From Planctomycetota bacterium (GTDB taxonomy: Bacteria; Planctomycetota; GCA-002687715; DRQF01), in assembly GCA_036479435.1 (NCBI GenBank), contig JAZGFI010000017.1, positions 1-64,000 of the forward strand: a DNA stretch of 64,000 bases, given 5' to 3'. Below, in pieces: positions 1 through 11,242 of this stretch. The position numbers and the translations under genes are program-made. Position 1 is the stretch's first letter, and each line of letters starts with the position of its first letter. The notes below the pieces were generated by a model that ran no database searches, was not told the origin of the DNA, and saw only the letters and a list, made by a program, of their open reading frames with translations.

Positions 1-178
1 ATCTAGATCAAAGTGGATGCGAATTTGCTTTTTGTCTACGACGAAACAAAAGTCGTTGAAAACGGCCTCGAAATGAGGGTTACGGGAGGTTCGCCTCAGT
101 CACTTTTTCTCGATGCGGAATCGCTGCATTGCGTCCTATCGCTATGCCTCCTCGACGATAGTAGGCCGCGAATTTACA

Positions 179-2107
179 CTAAGGCAAGGTGGCAATTTCG
201 AGGGAGCGTATCCCCGAAGCTGCGATCAGGTTCATATCCGCGTCGACCGCAGTGATGGCCCAGATGAAATAGTGGTTGTTGCGCACATGCAGCACGATCT
301 CGGGCGGCACGGTAATCTCCAACTCGATCAGAGTTCCATCAGGTGTCTCTGACGTTCTTGAGACGGGCAGCTGGCGGGTGATGATGCAATGGGTCGCGCA
401 GTAGAGCGAAAACAAGAATTCGCGACTTTCGATTCCCTTGGTCGTGAAGGTAAATCGGTTGGTTAGGGACGCTGGCTCTAGAGCATTGAGGGTGATCTTG
501 CCTCCCTTGGGAGGCGATACGAGCCGGATTTCGTCACCGGGATTTGGGCCAAAGGCTCCGGGGTGCGAAAGGACGTAGTCGTGGTGGTCCTTTTCAACGG
601 GACGAAAGGTCATCAGGGCGGTTCGGCGCCCATCGTACAATCCTAGGTTTCTAAGTGGCAAGAGATAGGGAACACTCGCATCTACTTCTTCCGATCGGAC
701 CAGCAATACCCCCAGGTCGCGATCGACAAAAGGACGCCGTAGGGCAGGGAAGATGGCTCCAGATGCAGTGAAACCGCCTCCGAAGTAGTCCAGTTCTTGG
801 TATCCCAAGATCGCGATGGTGTCAGTAGTGGCGGGAAGTTCCCGCGCCGCATCGCGGATGCTGTCTAGGGTCGTTTCGACGCCGTGATTGGCGTGGACAT
901 AGAGTTCTTGGCTCGGTCGGCTCGCGAGCAATGATGCCGCTAACAAGAATGCACTAGGCAAGTAGCGCAACACGAGATTGCGGTGTTGACTGGTGGCGGC
1001 GAGTAAGACGGCAAGAACGGCAAAGGGCGTGTACATGCCTCGCGTGTTGACGAGGTGTTCGTTGATGACGTTGACGAGCGTCGCGAGGATGAAGGGGACG
1101 ATTCCCAGCAGCGCCAACAAAGGAAACAAGCGAGCGACTTTTCGGTTCATCCCGGTCACAAGGGCCAGTCCGAATAGGGCTGAACCGGCGAGGAACAAGA
1201 TCCCCAAGGCGACTCGAAACCAAGATTCTTGTGCGTCAAAGAGCTGCGTTGAAAGCGGGAAAAAAACCGTGCTCGTTGAGTCGCGATAGGCAGCGAAAGC
1301 TGCTCCGCTGAAGGGTGAGCCGATTTCTTTCTCGCCGTACTTGCCGACGAAAGAATCGAAGATTCGGTAACGAACGGCGAAATAGAGCCCCAAGGCTAAC
1401 AGCAATGGCCAGCCTCTTTCCGCGACGCGACTTAGGCGATGGCGCCAAGACGTTTCTTCGGATTCTGGGATCGGAAACAAGTCAATAACCAGCAAGGCGG
1501 GTACGAAGGCAATGGCGGACTCTTTGCACATCAAGGCCATCGCCGCGAACAGCGCTGGCACGAACCGGCGGTCGGGCTTTGCCAGCTTGAACAAGAGCGC
1601 CAAGGAACCGAAAATCCAAGAGAGACTTTCCGATCGCGCCGCCGTCCAAGACACGACTTCCAATTGTACCGGGCTCACCAAAAACCACAGGGTGGCCGCT
1701 GCGAGGGACCAGCTTGGGGCGCGTGGTAGCAGGCGTCGGGTCAACAAAAACAACAGTAACCCGCAGAACAAATGCAGAAGCAAATTCACGACTTGGTAGC
1801 TGGACGCATCCGTGCCGCCGAGGCGAACGTTGAGCGCGTAGGAGAGGGCAACTATGGGGCGATAGAGCTGGTAATCCTCGACCGGCTTGATGGAATAAAA
1901 GAACTTCGTGAACTCAAGCGAGTTGGACTCGTCGAAGTTCTCGTCGTGCTTAGGACCGTAAACAACGGTGCGAATGTTGTGGTAGTCGTCAGTGAGGAAG
2001 CCCCCACGAAGGCTCGGCAAGAGCATTGCGGTCGCTACCACCAATGCGATCACGATGGCCGCGAAGTCCATTCCGCGAACCACTACATTCGGCGTTTCAC
2101 CGGACAA
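179..2107 (-). CDS. Polytopic membrane glycosyltransferase of GT-C type (PMT/TMTC-like) with soluble C-terminal region
   Basis: 642 aa with many TM segments. It has GFLTDD after TM1, YRPIVALSY...YQVVNLLLH, EVVSWTAARSE and ALMCKES motifs typical of TMTC/PMT-like GT-C proteins. The TTG start is uncertain. Confidence 0.65.
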   Translation of the reverse strand: MSGETPNVVVRGMDFAAIVIALVVATAMLLPSLRGGFLTDDYHNIRTVVYGPKHDENFDESNSLEFTKFFYSIKPVEDYQLYRPIVALSYALNVRLGGTDASSYQVVNLLLHLFCGLLLFLLTRRLLPRAPSWSLAAATLWFLVSPVQLEVVSWTAARSESLSWIFGSLALLFKLAKPDRRFVPALFAAMALMCKESAIAFVPALLVIDLFPIPESEETSWRHRLSRVAERGWPLLLALGLYFAVRYRIFDSFVGKYGEKEIGSPFSGAAFAAYRDSTSTVFFPLSTQLFDAQESWFRVALGILFLAGSALFGLALVTGMNRKVARLFPLLALLGIVPFILATLVNVINEHLVNTRGMYTPFAVLAVLLAATSQHRNLVLRYLPSAFLLAASLLASRPSQELYVHANHGVETTLDSIRDAARELPATTDTIAILGYQELDYFGGGFTASGAIFPALRRPFVDRDLGVLLVRSEEVDASVPYLLPLRNLGLYDGRRTALMTFRPVEKDHHDYVLSHPGAFGPNPGDEIRLVSPPKGGKITLNALEPASLTNRFTFTTKGIESREFLFSLYCATHCIITRQLPVSRTSETPDGTLIELEITVPPEIVLHVRNNHYFIWAITAVDADMNLIAASGIRSLEIATLP

Positions 2108-2474
2108 ACCTATTCCTCAGCGGTTTCAGAAATCAGCAACGGCAGATCGAGCCGGACCCCGGCCGATTTCAGGTGAGTCCAGGGAGCGCCTAGTAGAAGC
2201 ATACGTCAGGATTCTCGTCGGCGCGATCCTCGAACTTGAGGCTTTCGCGCTCGGGATCAAATGATGGTGCGAAGGCCGCCAAACTGCAGGGCCCGCCTCT
2301 TTTATGTCGGCGCGACGGCCCGAAGTACTCCCTGCCATTTGTGATAGCTGTGTTTGGGCCAGGCATTCCCTGTGCGGCGGTCCAATGCGGCCTTCAATTG
2401 CTTTAAGTTATTAAATAGGAAGCGATTTCGATCGCGCCGGAGGGGATTCCAGGTCGATTCTTCAGGGCTTGGGC

Positions 2475-2502
2475 TTGGCACTCAGGTGTATCATTCTAAT
2501 AT
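2475..2502 (+). promoter_or_regulatory. Candidate sigma70 promoter giving a leaderless transcript of the ArsR-methyltransferase/metH operon
   Basis: TTGGCA (2475-2480), 16 nt, TAATAT (2497-2502), 6 nt, then ATG (2509). There is no Shine-Dalgarno before the ATG. Confidence 0.4.
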
Positions 2503-2508
2503 GCCGAT

Positions 2509-3474
2509 ATGGGAATGAACGATTTGTCTCGGCTTTTCAAGTCGCTTTCGGACGAGACGCGCCTCCGGGTATGCCATCTGCTCGCCCGTGAAGAACTTTC
2601 GCCTAGTGAAATTGGCGAGGTACTCAACCTGGCTCAACCGCTTGTGTCGAAACAGTTGGCGGCGCTAAGGGAGACGCTCCCGATTCGAGAACGGCGAGAA
2701 GGGCGACGGGTGTTTTTGGAGATGGACCGCGAAAGCCCGCAGGTCCGAGACTTCTTCGCCTGGATCGATCCCCAGTTCTTGTCGAGTGAGGTTTGCCGCC
2801 GTGACTTGGCTCGCTTGCGCGCAACGCGAGAAAAAAAACAATTCGGTTACGAGGCGGCCGCGCCCGGTGACCTTGGGCGACGTTATCTCCCGGGGCGAAC
2901 TTGGGAGGGGCTTGCACGCACGCTGCTGACTCTCGTGCCGCCGCGTTCAATCCTGGACATTGGAATCGGCGATGGTGAGCTGACACTGTTGTTGGCCAAA
3001 TGCGCGTCGCGGCTTGTCGCTGTCGATCCCGATCGCGGGGCGCTTCAGCGCTTGGAGAAAAAATCGCTGAAGGCTGGTTGTACGGTAATCGAGACCCGAG
3101 TGGGCGTTCTTGAGGACCTTCCCTTAGATGAAGCAGAAGTTGATCTCGTGTTTGCGAGTCAGGTTTTCCATCACAGCGACGACATGACGGGTGCTTTCAG
3201 CGAGTGTAAGCGAGTTCTGACTCCCGGCGGGCGGCTTGTCGTCTTGGATTTACTGGCCCACCGAGAAGATTGGGTGCGTGGCAAACTCAGCCACAGCAAG
3301 CTCGGTTTCGAAGCCGAAGAACTGTTAACGGCTATCAGCGCAGCTGGCTTTGAGAACGCCAGCGTTTACCCGGTGGCGCGCGATCGCAAGTCGCCTCATT
3401 TTGTGACTCTGTTGGCCACCGGCTCAAAACCAGTGCCGGAGTCAAGCACCCCCACTAACTCGGAGACAGATTGA
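2509..3474 (+). CDS. ArsR-family HTH fused to a SAM-dependent methyltransferase-like domain (SahR/SamR-like methionine-cycle regulator)
   Basis: N-terminal [11 protein letters not shown]...VSKQLAAL ArsR HTH and C-terminal [28 protein letters not shown]. The stop overlaps the metH start (TGATG). Confidence 0.85.
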   Translation: MGMNDLSRLFKSLSDETRLRVCHLLAREELSPSEIGEVLNLAQPLVSKQLAALRETLPIRERREGRRVFLEMDRESPQVRDFFAWIDPQFLSSEVCRRDLARLRATREKKQFGYEAAAPGDLGRRYLPGRTWEGLARTLLTLVPPRSILDIGIGDGELTLLLAKCASRLVAVDPDRGALQRLEKKSLKAGCTVIETRVGVLEDLPLDEAEVDLVFASQVFHHSDDMTGAFSECKRVLTPGGRLVVLDLLAHREDWVRGKLSHSKLGFEAEELLTAISAAGFENASVYPVARDRKSPHFVTLLATGSKPVPESSTPTNSETD

Positions 3475-6400
3475 TGTCCCTCGAAAATGAAATCAAAAGC
3501 CGCATTCTCGTCATGGACGGGGCGATGGGGACGATGATCCAAGGCTACGAACTTAAGGAAGCGGATTTCCGCGGCGAAAGATTTGCCGACCACGCCTTGG
3601 ATCTTCGTGGCAACAACGATTTGTTGTCGCTCGTGCGACCCGACATCGTCGAGGCTATCCACCTGGAGTATTTCCGCGCGGGGGCGGACATCGTCGAAAC
3701 GAATACCTTCAGCAGCACCTTGATCGCTCAAGCCGACTATGGACTTGAGGCCTTGGCCTACGAACTCAACTTAGAGTCCGCAAAGATCGCCAAGATCGCG
3801 GCGGAAAAAGCGGCGGTTGACGGTCGCCCTCGTTTTGTCGCTGGGGCTTTGGGTCCGACGAACAAGACGGCATCCTTGTCTCCCGACGTCGAAGACCCCG
3901 GCCGGCGGGACATTCGCTATGACGATCTCGCGGCTGCATATTCTGAACAGGCGCGCGGCCTTCTGGACGGTGGCGTTGACTTGTTGCTCGTGGAAACGGT
4001 CTTCGACACCTTGAATGCGCGGGCAGCCCTTTTTGCCATCGACTCCCTTTTTGCAGACGGGGCACGTCGGGTTCCGGTGATGGTGTCGGGGACGATTACA
4101 GACTCGAGTGGGCGAACGCTTTCCGGTCAGACCCCAGAGGCGTTTTGGAACTCCGTCCAACACGTTCAACCTTTTTCGGTGGGCCTTAATTGCGCGCTCG
4201 GGCCCGAGCAGATGCGTCCGTTTCTAGCCGACGTTTCAAAGGTCGCCACGACCTACGTGAGTTGCTATCCCAACGCAGGCTTGCCGAATGACTTTGGCGG
4301 CTACGATGAAACTCCAGAATCCGTCGCCGCCCACATTAAGGACTTCGCCGATTCTGGCTTCGTCAATATCGTTGGAGGATGCTGCGGGACAACCCCCGCG
4401 CACATCCAAGCTATCGCCAAGGCGGTCGAAGGTGTCAAGCCTCGCGAGATTCCTACGCTCGATTCCGCGCTTCGCCTGAGCGGCCTGGAGCCGCTCAACA
4501 TCACCCCCGCACTCAACTTCATCAATATTGGTGAACGGACCAACGTTACTGGCTCTCGCAAGTTCGCTCGCCTCATCCGCAACGAATACTACGAAGATGC
4601 CCTGAGTGTGGCGCGTCATCAGGTTGAGGGGGGAGCTCAGATTATTGATGTGAACGTAGACGACGGTCTTTTGGATTCAGAGTTGGTCATGCAGACCTTT
4701 TTGGACTTAGTCGCTACCGAACCGGATATCGCTCGAGTCCCGGTCATGGTCGATTCCTCGAAGTGGTCCGTCATTGAATCTGGCCTCAAATGTTTACAGG
4801 GCAAAGGCATCGTCAACTCGATCAGCCTCAAGGAGGGAGAAGAGGCATTTTTGGCTCATGCCGCTCTAATTCGCCGCTACGGTGCCGCCGTCGTGGTCAT
4901 GGCCTTCGACGAAAGTGGTCAAGCAGATAACTACGAGCGGCGCATCGAGATTTGCAAACGAAGCTACGACCTCCTAGTTGATCGCGCCAAATTCCCCCCC
5001 GAAGACATCATCTTTGATCCCAACATCCTCACGGTGGCGACGGGGCTTTCGGAACACGACAACTATGCTGTCGACTTCATCGATGCCACGCGTTGGATTA
5101 AGGAGAACCTGCCCGGCGCACGCGTGAGCGGCGGCGTGAGTAACGTGAGTTTCTCCTTTCGCGGCAACGAGGTCGTGCGCGAAGCGATGCACGCGGCTTT
5201 TTTGTACCACGCGATTCAAGCCGGGCTAGACATGGGGATTGTCAACGCGGGGCAGCTCGCTGTCTATAACGAGATCCCGGAAGAGCTTCTGACTCTGGTT
5301 GAGGATGTATTGCTGAACCGCCGGTCCGATGCAACCGAACGCTTGGTGAACTTTGCCGAGACCGTCAAGGGCAAGGGGAAAGAGCGGGTTGAGGATCTCT
5401 CTTGGCGCGAAAACTCTGTGGCGGAACGACTCAGTCATGCCCTGGTGAAGGGGATCACGGAGTACATCGAAACCGATACGGCGGAGGCGATGGAGTTGCT
5501 CGGCAGCCCGCTCGCGGTCATCGAAGGACCGCTGATGGACGGTATGAACGTCGTCGGAGATCTGTTTGGGGAGGGAAAGATGTTCTTGCCCCAGGTCGTA
5601 AAAAGTGCCCGCGTCATGAAGAAATCCGTGGCTTGGCTCGAGCCTTTTATGGACGAAGAGAAAGCGAAGTCCGGCGTGTCCAGCGCTGGCAAGATCTTGT
5701 TGGCGACGGTCAAGGGCGACGTCCATGACATCGGCAAGAATATCGTCGGGGTTGTCCTCGCTTGCAACGGCTACGAGGTCATCGATTTGGGCGTGATGGT
5801 TCCCTGCGATAAGATCCTCGATGCCGCGGCCAGCGAAGGGTGTGACATTGTCGGGCTTTCCGGTCTTATCACGCCATCGCTCGACGCGATGGTCGACGTC
5901 GCGGCTGAAATGACCAGGCGCGGGCTCACCACGCCCTTGCTAATTGGGGGAGCGACGACCTCCAAAATGCACACTGCGGTGCGCATTGCCCCCGCCTACG
6001 CGGGCCCGGTGGTCCACGTTCTGGACGCTTCGCGCAGTGTTCCCGCGACCCGCAGCCTGGCGAGTCCCCACTTGCGTGAGGAGTTTCAGCGTGAGGTTGT
6101 CGCCGAGTACGACATTCTCCGAGCTCGCCGTGCCGCGGCGACTCGCCGCAATGCGGGCGAACTCTACAGCCTCAAGGATGCTCGCGAATGCCGCCTGAAA
6201 GTCGACCCGGCAGGATTTGAGGATCTCGCCGCACCCACCTTCGTGGGCGCACGAGTGGTCGACGATATCGATTTGCGCCGCGTTGCAGAGCTCATCGACT
6301 GGACGCCGTTTTTCCGCACTTGGGAGTTGGCGGGCCGTTACCCCGACATCTTGCGCGACGGCGTGGTTGGTAAGGAAGCCCGCATCCTTTTTCAGGACGC

Positions 6401-7130
6401 CCAAGACCTACTCAACGAGATCCTCGATGAGGGCCGATTCGAGATCGGTGCGGTTATAGGTTTTTACGAAGCTAAGGTGGATGATCGAGATCGCGCCCAT
6501 CTTCAGCACGATGGGGACGAAGTCGCCTGCCTGAACTTTTTGCGCCAGCAACTCCCACGCTCGCGCTCAAAGAGCTGCTTGTCTCTATCAGACTACTTGC
6601 CGTCTCAAGAGGTCGACACCGTCGGCCATATTGGGATGTTTGCGCTGTGCATCAAGGGCGCCGAGGCCATGTGCTTAGCAGCCGAGGCTGATCACGATGA
6701 CTATCGCTCCATCATGGTCAAGGCTCTCGCCGATCGCCTTGCCGAGGCCCTTGCTGAGTATCTTCATCGCCGAGTCCGCACCGAGTTTTGGGGCTACGCA
6801 TCAGCGGAGTCCCTTAGCAATGAGGATCTCATTCGTGAACGCTACCAGGGCATTCGACCGGCGCCGGGCTATCCCGCTTGCCCAGAGCACTCCGAAAAGG
6901 CCGTCATGTGGTCTTTGATGAAAGTCGAAGAAAAGATCGGCCTGTCGTTGACCGAGTCATTTGCCATGTATCCAGCGGCGGCCGTCAGTGGTTTCTACTT
7001 TGCCCATCCCGAAGCGAAGTACTTTGGCTTGGGCAAGATTGCTGCCGACCAGATCCGAGATTATGCCGAACGCAAAGGCCTGACTTTCGATCAGGTTTCG
7101 CGATCACTCTCGACTCACTTTGACGATTGA
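3474..7130 (+). CDS. metH: Cobalamin-dependent methionine synthase
   Basis: [38 protein letters not shown] (B12-binding) and [10 protein letters not shown] motifs. ATG at 3474 overlaps the upstream TGA. Confidence 0.98.
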   Translation: MSLENEIKSRILVMDGAMGTMIQGYELKEADFRGERFADHALDLRGNNDLLSLVRPDIVEAIHLEYFRAGADIVETNTFSSTLIAQADYGLEALAYELNLESAKIAKIAAEKAAVDGRPRFVAGALGPTNKTASLSPDVEDPGRRDIRYDDLAAAYSEQARGLLDGGVDLLLVETVFDTLNARAALFAIDSLFADGARRVPVMVSGTITDSSGRTLSGQTPEAFWNSVQHVQPFSVGLNCALGPEQMRPFLADVSKVATTYVSCYPNAGLPNDFGGYDETPESVAAHIKDFADSGFVNIVGGCCGTTPAHIQAIAKAVEGVKPREIPTLDSALRLSGLEPLNITPALNFINIGERTNVTGSRKFARLIRNEYYEDALSVARHQVEGGAQIIDVNVDDGLLDSELVMQTFLDLVATEPDIARVPVMVDSSKWSVIESGLKCLQGKGIVNSISLKEGEEAFLAHAALIRRYGAAVVVMAFDESGQADNYERRIEICKRSYDLLVDRAKFPPEDIIFDPNILTVATGLSEHDNYAVDFIDATRWIKENLPGARVSGGVSNVSFSFRGNEVVREAMHAAFLYHAIQAGLDMGIVNAGQLAVYNEIPEELLTLVEDVLLNRRSDATERLVNFAETVKGKGKERVEDLSWRENSVAERLSHALVKGITEYIETDTAEAMELLGSPLAVIEGPLMDGMNVVGDLFGEGKMFLPQVVKSARVMKKSVAWLEPFMDEEKAKSGVSSAGKILLATVKGDVHDIGKNIVGVVLACNGYEVIDLGVMVPCDKILDAAASEGCDIVGLSGLITPSLDAMVDVAAEMTRRGLTTPLLIGGATTSKMHTAVRIAPAYAGPVVHVLDASRSVPATRSLASPHLREEFQREVVAEYDILRARRAAATRRNAGELYSLKDARECRLKVDPAGFEDLAAPTFVGARVVDDIDLRRVAELIDWTPFFRTWELAGRYPDILRDGVVGKEARILFQDAQDLLNEILDEGRFEIGAVIGFYEAKVDDRDRAHLQHDGDEVACLNFLRQQLPRSRSKSCLSLSDYLPSQEVDTVGHIGMFALCIKGAEAMCLAAEADHDDYRSIMVKALADRLAEALAEYLHRRVRTEFWGYASAESLSNEDLIRERYQGIRPAPGYPACPEHSEKAVMWSLMKVEEKIGLSLTESFAMYPAAAVSGFYFAHPEAKYFGLGKIAADQIRDYAERKGLTFDQVSRSLSTHFDD

Positions 7131-7156
7131 TCGCTCCGACAATGTAGGTCAAATAA

Positions 7157-7194
7157 AAAGAGAGGACCTGCGAGTCATCGCGGGCCCTCTCTTT
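7157..7194. terminator. Bidirectional intrinsic terminator between convergent genes
   Basis: AAAGAGAGGACCTGCGA-GTCA-TCGCGGGCCCTCTCTTT hairpin with A- and T-tracts on its flanks. Confidence 0.75.
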
Positions 7195-7249
7195 GTGAGG
7201 TGAATCAAAAGAGCACATCGTCAGGCGACGAGGGCTCTGAGTTCAAAGT

Positions 7250-8785
7250 CTAGAATGTCAAGCGGCTAACTTCAGAGATCGAACCGATAGGACCAGCGGC
7301 CGTGATTTCAATCGCGGTGTGGTCGAGAACAGTTCCGGTCGGAACCGTGGCCGGGAACGCGCCGAAGAAGTAGGCACCGTTCATGTCCGCTGAGATGTGG
7401 AAGGGGTGACCACCCAAGGCCACTCCCAACTGGGCGATTTGGAAGTCACCGAAGTTGATGCCGAAGAAGGGACCCGTACCCACGGCTTGCGAGGGGTTGA
7501 TGTCGAAGAAGTTGTAGATCCTCGAGCCCGGCTGGAAGCCCGACAGACCGAGGATGAGGTCGCCGTTACCAGAGGTGTTGAGCTTGGTCTCGACCTCAGT
7601 CGCTGGCGGGATGTAGTCCAACTCGATACTGGCCAGCGTCGGCGTTCCACCCGTGAGGTTGAAGACAAAGCTGATGTTCGCGCTGGAGAAGGCGGAATTA
7701 ATGAAGTCGAGGACTTGCGATCCCGAGCCGATACGCGTCGAAACACCAAGTCCCGGCGACAGTGAGGTGATGGCTCTTACGATGGTGGGTTGCGCTTCCC
7801 AAGCTCCCGACAGGCTGAAGTAGTCGGGCGTAAGCGTCGGGTTGTGGGCGTAGGAGCTAGAGATGATCAAGTCATCGAAGCCCGGGTTTGCCGACAAGAA
7901 AATGGTGGCTGGCGCAAAGGCAGCACCGCTTAAGAAGATCGGATCAGTGCCGGAGAAAGTTCCGGTAACGGAGAAGGAGGTCCCGATGAGTGGCTCGACT
8001 GCAGGCGTTGTGATATTCACGCCACCTGGCGTGGTGTAGCCTCCGATGACACCCGTGATCGTCATCATGTTGCCCGCGCCGAAGACGAGCTGAGCGCCGC
8101 GGTCGACGATAAGGCTGCTGACCTCACCGGTGCCAAAGATGATCTGATTGAAGGTCGTGTTGGCGAGAGAAAGGCCCTCGGGAACTCCGACTTCTACCCA
8201 GTTCGCGGTATCAGCGTAACCTGTGTAATTCATGCCCGGAATGCCAGTGTAGGCACCGATGAGCAAGGATGTCATGGTGTCGCCGTAGTCCAAGCTGATG
8301 AGCTGGAACGGCAGGCCATCGTTGCGGACCAAGCGTACTCCCTGGAGAGCTTGGCCAGTAGTGACGCTCGTGCCGTTGAAGTGGGAGTTTTCGTAGAAGT
8401 TACCCGGCGTTGCCAAATCTGCGGTGTTGTGGGAGTGCCCTGGCGTGAAGCCGTTGCCGCCATCGTCAACCAGCCACACGAACTCCAAGGTGTAGTCGGG
8501 GCCTTCGGGATGCATGGCTCCGTAGGTGCCCGCTCCCGTAGTTGGGACGAGGGTGAACGTCACGGTGTACATGGTGCCACCGGGGCCTGCGACGACGATG
8601 TTGTCAAAGCGGAAGTTGCCCGCATTGACGTTGTTGTAATTCGGGACAAAGAAAATCTCCGTACCGACAACCGGCGGACCCTGTGCGGGGGGCACGACTT
8701 GCGCGACAAGAGAAGGGACGACGTTGATCACGACAAGAGCCATGACTAGGGCAATTAGGACCGTATAGCGACGGGTAGTTGGCAT
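7250..8785 (-). CDS. Secreted Gly/Thr-rich beta-strand protein of unknown function
   Basis: Start moved to ATG 8785 (GAGGTG 5 nt upstream). Signal peptide MPTTRRYTVLIALVMALVVINVVPSLVA|Q, 511 aa, ends in Phe. Confidence 0.75.
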   Translation of the reverse strand: MPTTRRYTVLIALVMALVVINVVPSLVAQVVPPAQGPPVVGTEIFFVPNYNNVNAGNFRFDNIVVAGPGGTMYTVTFTLVPTTGAGTYGAMHPEGPDYTLEFVWLVDDGGNGFTPGHSHNTADLATPGNFYENSHFNGTSVTTGQALQGVRLVRNDGLPFQLISLDYGDTMTSLLIGAYTGIPGMNYTGYADTANWVEVGVPEGLSLANTTFNQIIFGTGEVSSLIVDRGAQLVFGAGNMMTITGVIGGYTTPGGVNITTPAVEPLIGTSFSVTGTFSGTDPIFLSGAAFAPATIFLSANPGFDDLIISSSYAHNPTLTPDYFSLSGAWEAQPTIVRAITSLSPGLGVSTRIGSGSQVLDFINSAFSSANISFVFNLTGGTPTLASIELDYIPPATEVETKLNTSGNGDLILGLSGFQPGSRIYNFFDINPSQAVGTGPFFGINFGDFQIAQLGVALGGHPFHISADMNGAYFFGAFPATVPTGTVLDHTAIEITAAGPIGSISEVSRLTF

Positions 8786-9140
8786 TTGATCACCTCGATC
8801 AAGATTGGGATTGCGGACTTTTACGCACCGTAACTGCGGCCCGATCCGGATTACCGGGGCGGCCACGAGATACTGGATTCGCTCGCGAAGTCTAAAATTT
8901 CCCCAAGGTCTTGTGAAGCTTCACTTTGGGCAAGGTTGCTGCGGGTTGGTTGTTTTTGGCCGGAATTGCTGCGAATGGCCGTCAATTGGCTCTTAGGCAC
9001 AGTCCTGAGACAGTGTCGATCTTGCCGCACGCGCCTCATTTCCCACTATTTTTTCAAAAAAAAGAAGATTCCGGCCGTTGCTGGCCAGTTATCGCAGTTT
9101 GGAGATGCCATTTGGGGCGAGTCGGCGGGCGAGGGAGGCC

Positions 9141-10430
9141 CTAAATCCACTTCCCCAAGATGAAGCCCAAGGCGAGGCCGTTGGCAGCGCCGACAAGCCA
9201 AGGCCAGATCGAAGAAGGTGAGTTTTTCTTCAGTTGCGGCAGAGCAATGGCTTCGGTGCGCTCGTCGTGGATGGACGCCTTGGAGTCCGATGTGGCCATT
9301 GGTGGTCGGAGTTTAGAGGGAAGGAAGCTCGAACAGTTCGGCGCCAACTCGGCCGTTCGCGCCCAACGGCCTTCCAAAAGAGCTTCGATGTCGTCAAGGA
9401 GCTCTTCGTAAGTTTGGTAACGGCGATTGCGATCGAATGCCATCATGCGATCTAAGACGCGAACGAGGCCCGGGTTTAATTGGGGCCTTAAGTCGAGAGG
9501 GTGGATCAGCCGTTCTTCGAGTTTCTGCTTGATCGAGGCGATGGCGCTTTCCGCATCATAGGGTCTGACCCCAGTGACCATCTGGTAGAGCGTTGCCCCT
9601 AGTGAGTAGATGTCGGCGCGAAAATCGACGACTTCACCGCGTGCTTGCTCGGGAGCCATGAACGAAGGGGTGCCCGCGATGCAACCCGCAAGTTCGCGAT
9701 CGGACGTTGCCGCACCCTGGGCCGTCTCTTCCATCATGGCGAGACCGAGGTCCGTCACCTTGACTTGGATTTCGGACTGCACCCGACTCGCGTCAGCAAC
9801 GCCGCCTTTCGCGAACATCAAGTTCGCCGGTTTGACGTCGCGGTGGATGACACCCAAGCTCAGGGCGTGACTCAATCCCAAGATGGCGTCTCTTACAATC
9901 CGCAGCGCGCAGTCTTCGGCGAGAGACTCCTCGGCGCGGATGAGTTCCGCGCAATTGATGCCCTCGACGTATTCCAAGGCGAGGAAGAAGCGGCCGTCCG
10001 CCTCGCCATAGTCGTAAGCCGCGACGATGTTGGGATGATTGAGTCGCGCCACGGCCCTCGCCTCGATTTCAAAGCGAGCGACCGCTTCGGGATCTAGACA
10101 GCGATTTGGGGTCAGGACTTTGAGGGCGACGATGCGCTGGAGTTTTTCCTGCACCGCTTGAAACACCACACTCATGCCGCCCTGGCCCAGGCGACCGATG
10201 ATGCTGTAACCGGGAATGTAGCCGCAGCGTGAGCCGTCGGCCGCGACCATCATGACGCCGTCGTCTTCAACGGCGGCAACGGGCTTGGCATCGAAAAAGG
10301 TGGACGCTTCGAGTTCAGCCGATTCGACGTCTTGTTCGGGGGGCGGCGTCAGATCGAAAACCAGCGTATCTAGGTCACAGGAACCGCTGATTTCGGCCTC
10401 CTCACCTCGCAGTTTTTCGTCTTGATGCAT
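9141..10430 (-). CDS. Hanks-type Ser/Thr protein kinase with C-terminal membrane anchor
   Basis: GRLGQGGMSVV, VALK, HRDVKPAN, DLG and GTPSFMAPE motifs, plus a hydrophobic C-terminus. Confidence 0.92.
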   Translation of the reverse strand: MHQDEKLRGEEAEISGSCDLDTLVFDLTPPPEQDVESAELEASTFFDAKPVAAVEDDGVMMVAADGSRCGYIPGYSIIGRLGQGGMSVVFQAVQEKLQRIVALKVLTPNRCLDPEAVARFEIEARAVARLNHPNIVAAYDYGEADGRFFLALEYVEGINCAELIRAEESLAEDCALRIVRDAILGLSHALSLGVIHRDVKPANLMFAKGGVADASRVQSEIQVKVTDLGLAMMEETAQGAATSDRELAGCIAGTPSFMAPEQARGEVVDFRADIYSLGATLYQMVTGVRPYDAESAIASIKQKLEERLIHPLDLRPQLNPGLVRVLDRMMAFDRNRRYQTYEELLDDIEALLEGRWARTAELAPNCSSFLPSKLRPPMATSDSKASIHDERTEAIALPQLKKNSPSSIWPWLVGAANGLALGFILGKWI

Positions 10431-11242
10431 GCGTTTAGATCCGCCCAGACTCCAGCCAAATCCGATTCTCGCGGATCCCGGGCTAGTAGCCGTTGTGTGT
10501 TCCGAGTTGTTGTGCTGTTCTGGCGAACAGAAAGGGTCATGCTTGTTCTCGGAACGCGATCGACTTCAGCTTAAAGCTGGATAATTAATTGATGGTCGGC
10601 GGCGACGGCTGAGGGGCAAAATCGCTGTCGGGTTGACGAAGAATGGACGCCGCGTTGAGCGCTTCCATTGCATGCAAAAAAAGTCAGCCGACGTCGATTT
10701 GTGGCCTGGGGATGGCAATCTGACCGGATCAGCCTGGTCCAGTTTCTATCTTTGCGGCGGCCGCTCCGCGTGGTATCGCACGACAAAGCCGCTGACGGTC
10801 AAGTTGAGTGGTTTGCAAGCGAAGAAACACACCCTGCTCAAACAAAACACTCGGCATTGAGGCTCTTCACCATTCGATCTGGCGTGAGTTCTGCAGCAAG
10901 ACGAACGGGTTGGGATCTTTCAACCTGAAACAAAGAAGATCGGGTGAGTGCCATTCTGCGACAAAGTCCTACAAGTCGGAGAGTTTCTTGCCATCCATGC
11001 GGCCATATTGCGCGCTCTGCGTGGGCCAGCTCTCTAGATCAATCCGCAGTCTGGTTGTCTCATCAAGACCCGTCAAATGTGAACCGCAACAACCAAGATC
11101 TCATGAATCGCGGACAACTATAGATTCGATTATAGAAGGCTTCCTTCCTCTCCTGTAGTGTTGTAAGTTGCCGCTATGACTGCGTCGATTCGTCGCGACT
11201 GAGTCATAGGAGCTTACTTTTGTTTCGCGAGAGAAATCCCTC

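Noticed and set aside
2110..2508. SAM or cobalamin riboswitch before the metH operon; small ORF 2126-2338
   Set aside because: I could not find the conserved riboswitch cores by eye, the promoter appears to abut the start codon, and the ORF has no supporting features.
10431..11242. Short ORFs (10633, 10668, 10808) or a DGR template repeat in the long spacer
   Set aside because: The translations have no recognisable motifs or RBS, and there is no AAC-rich copy of the kinase-FGE 3' end.
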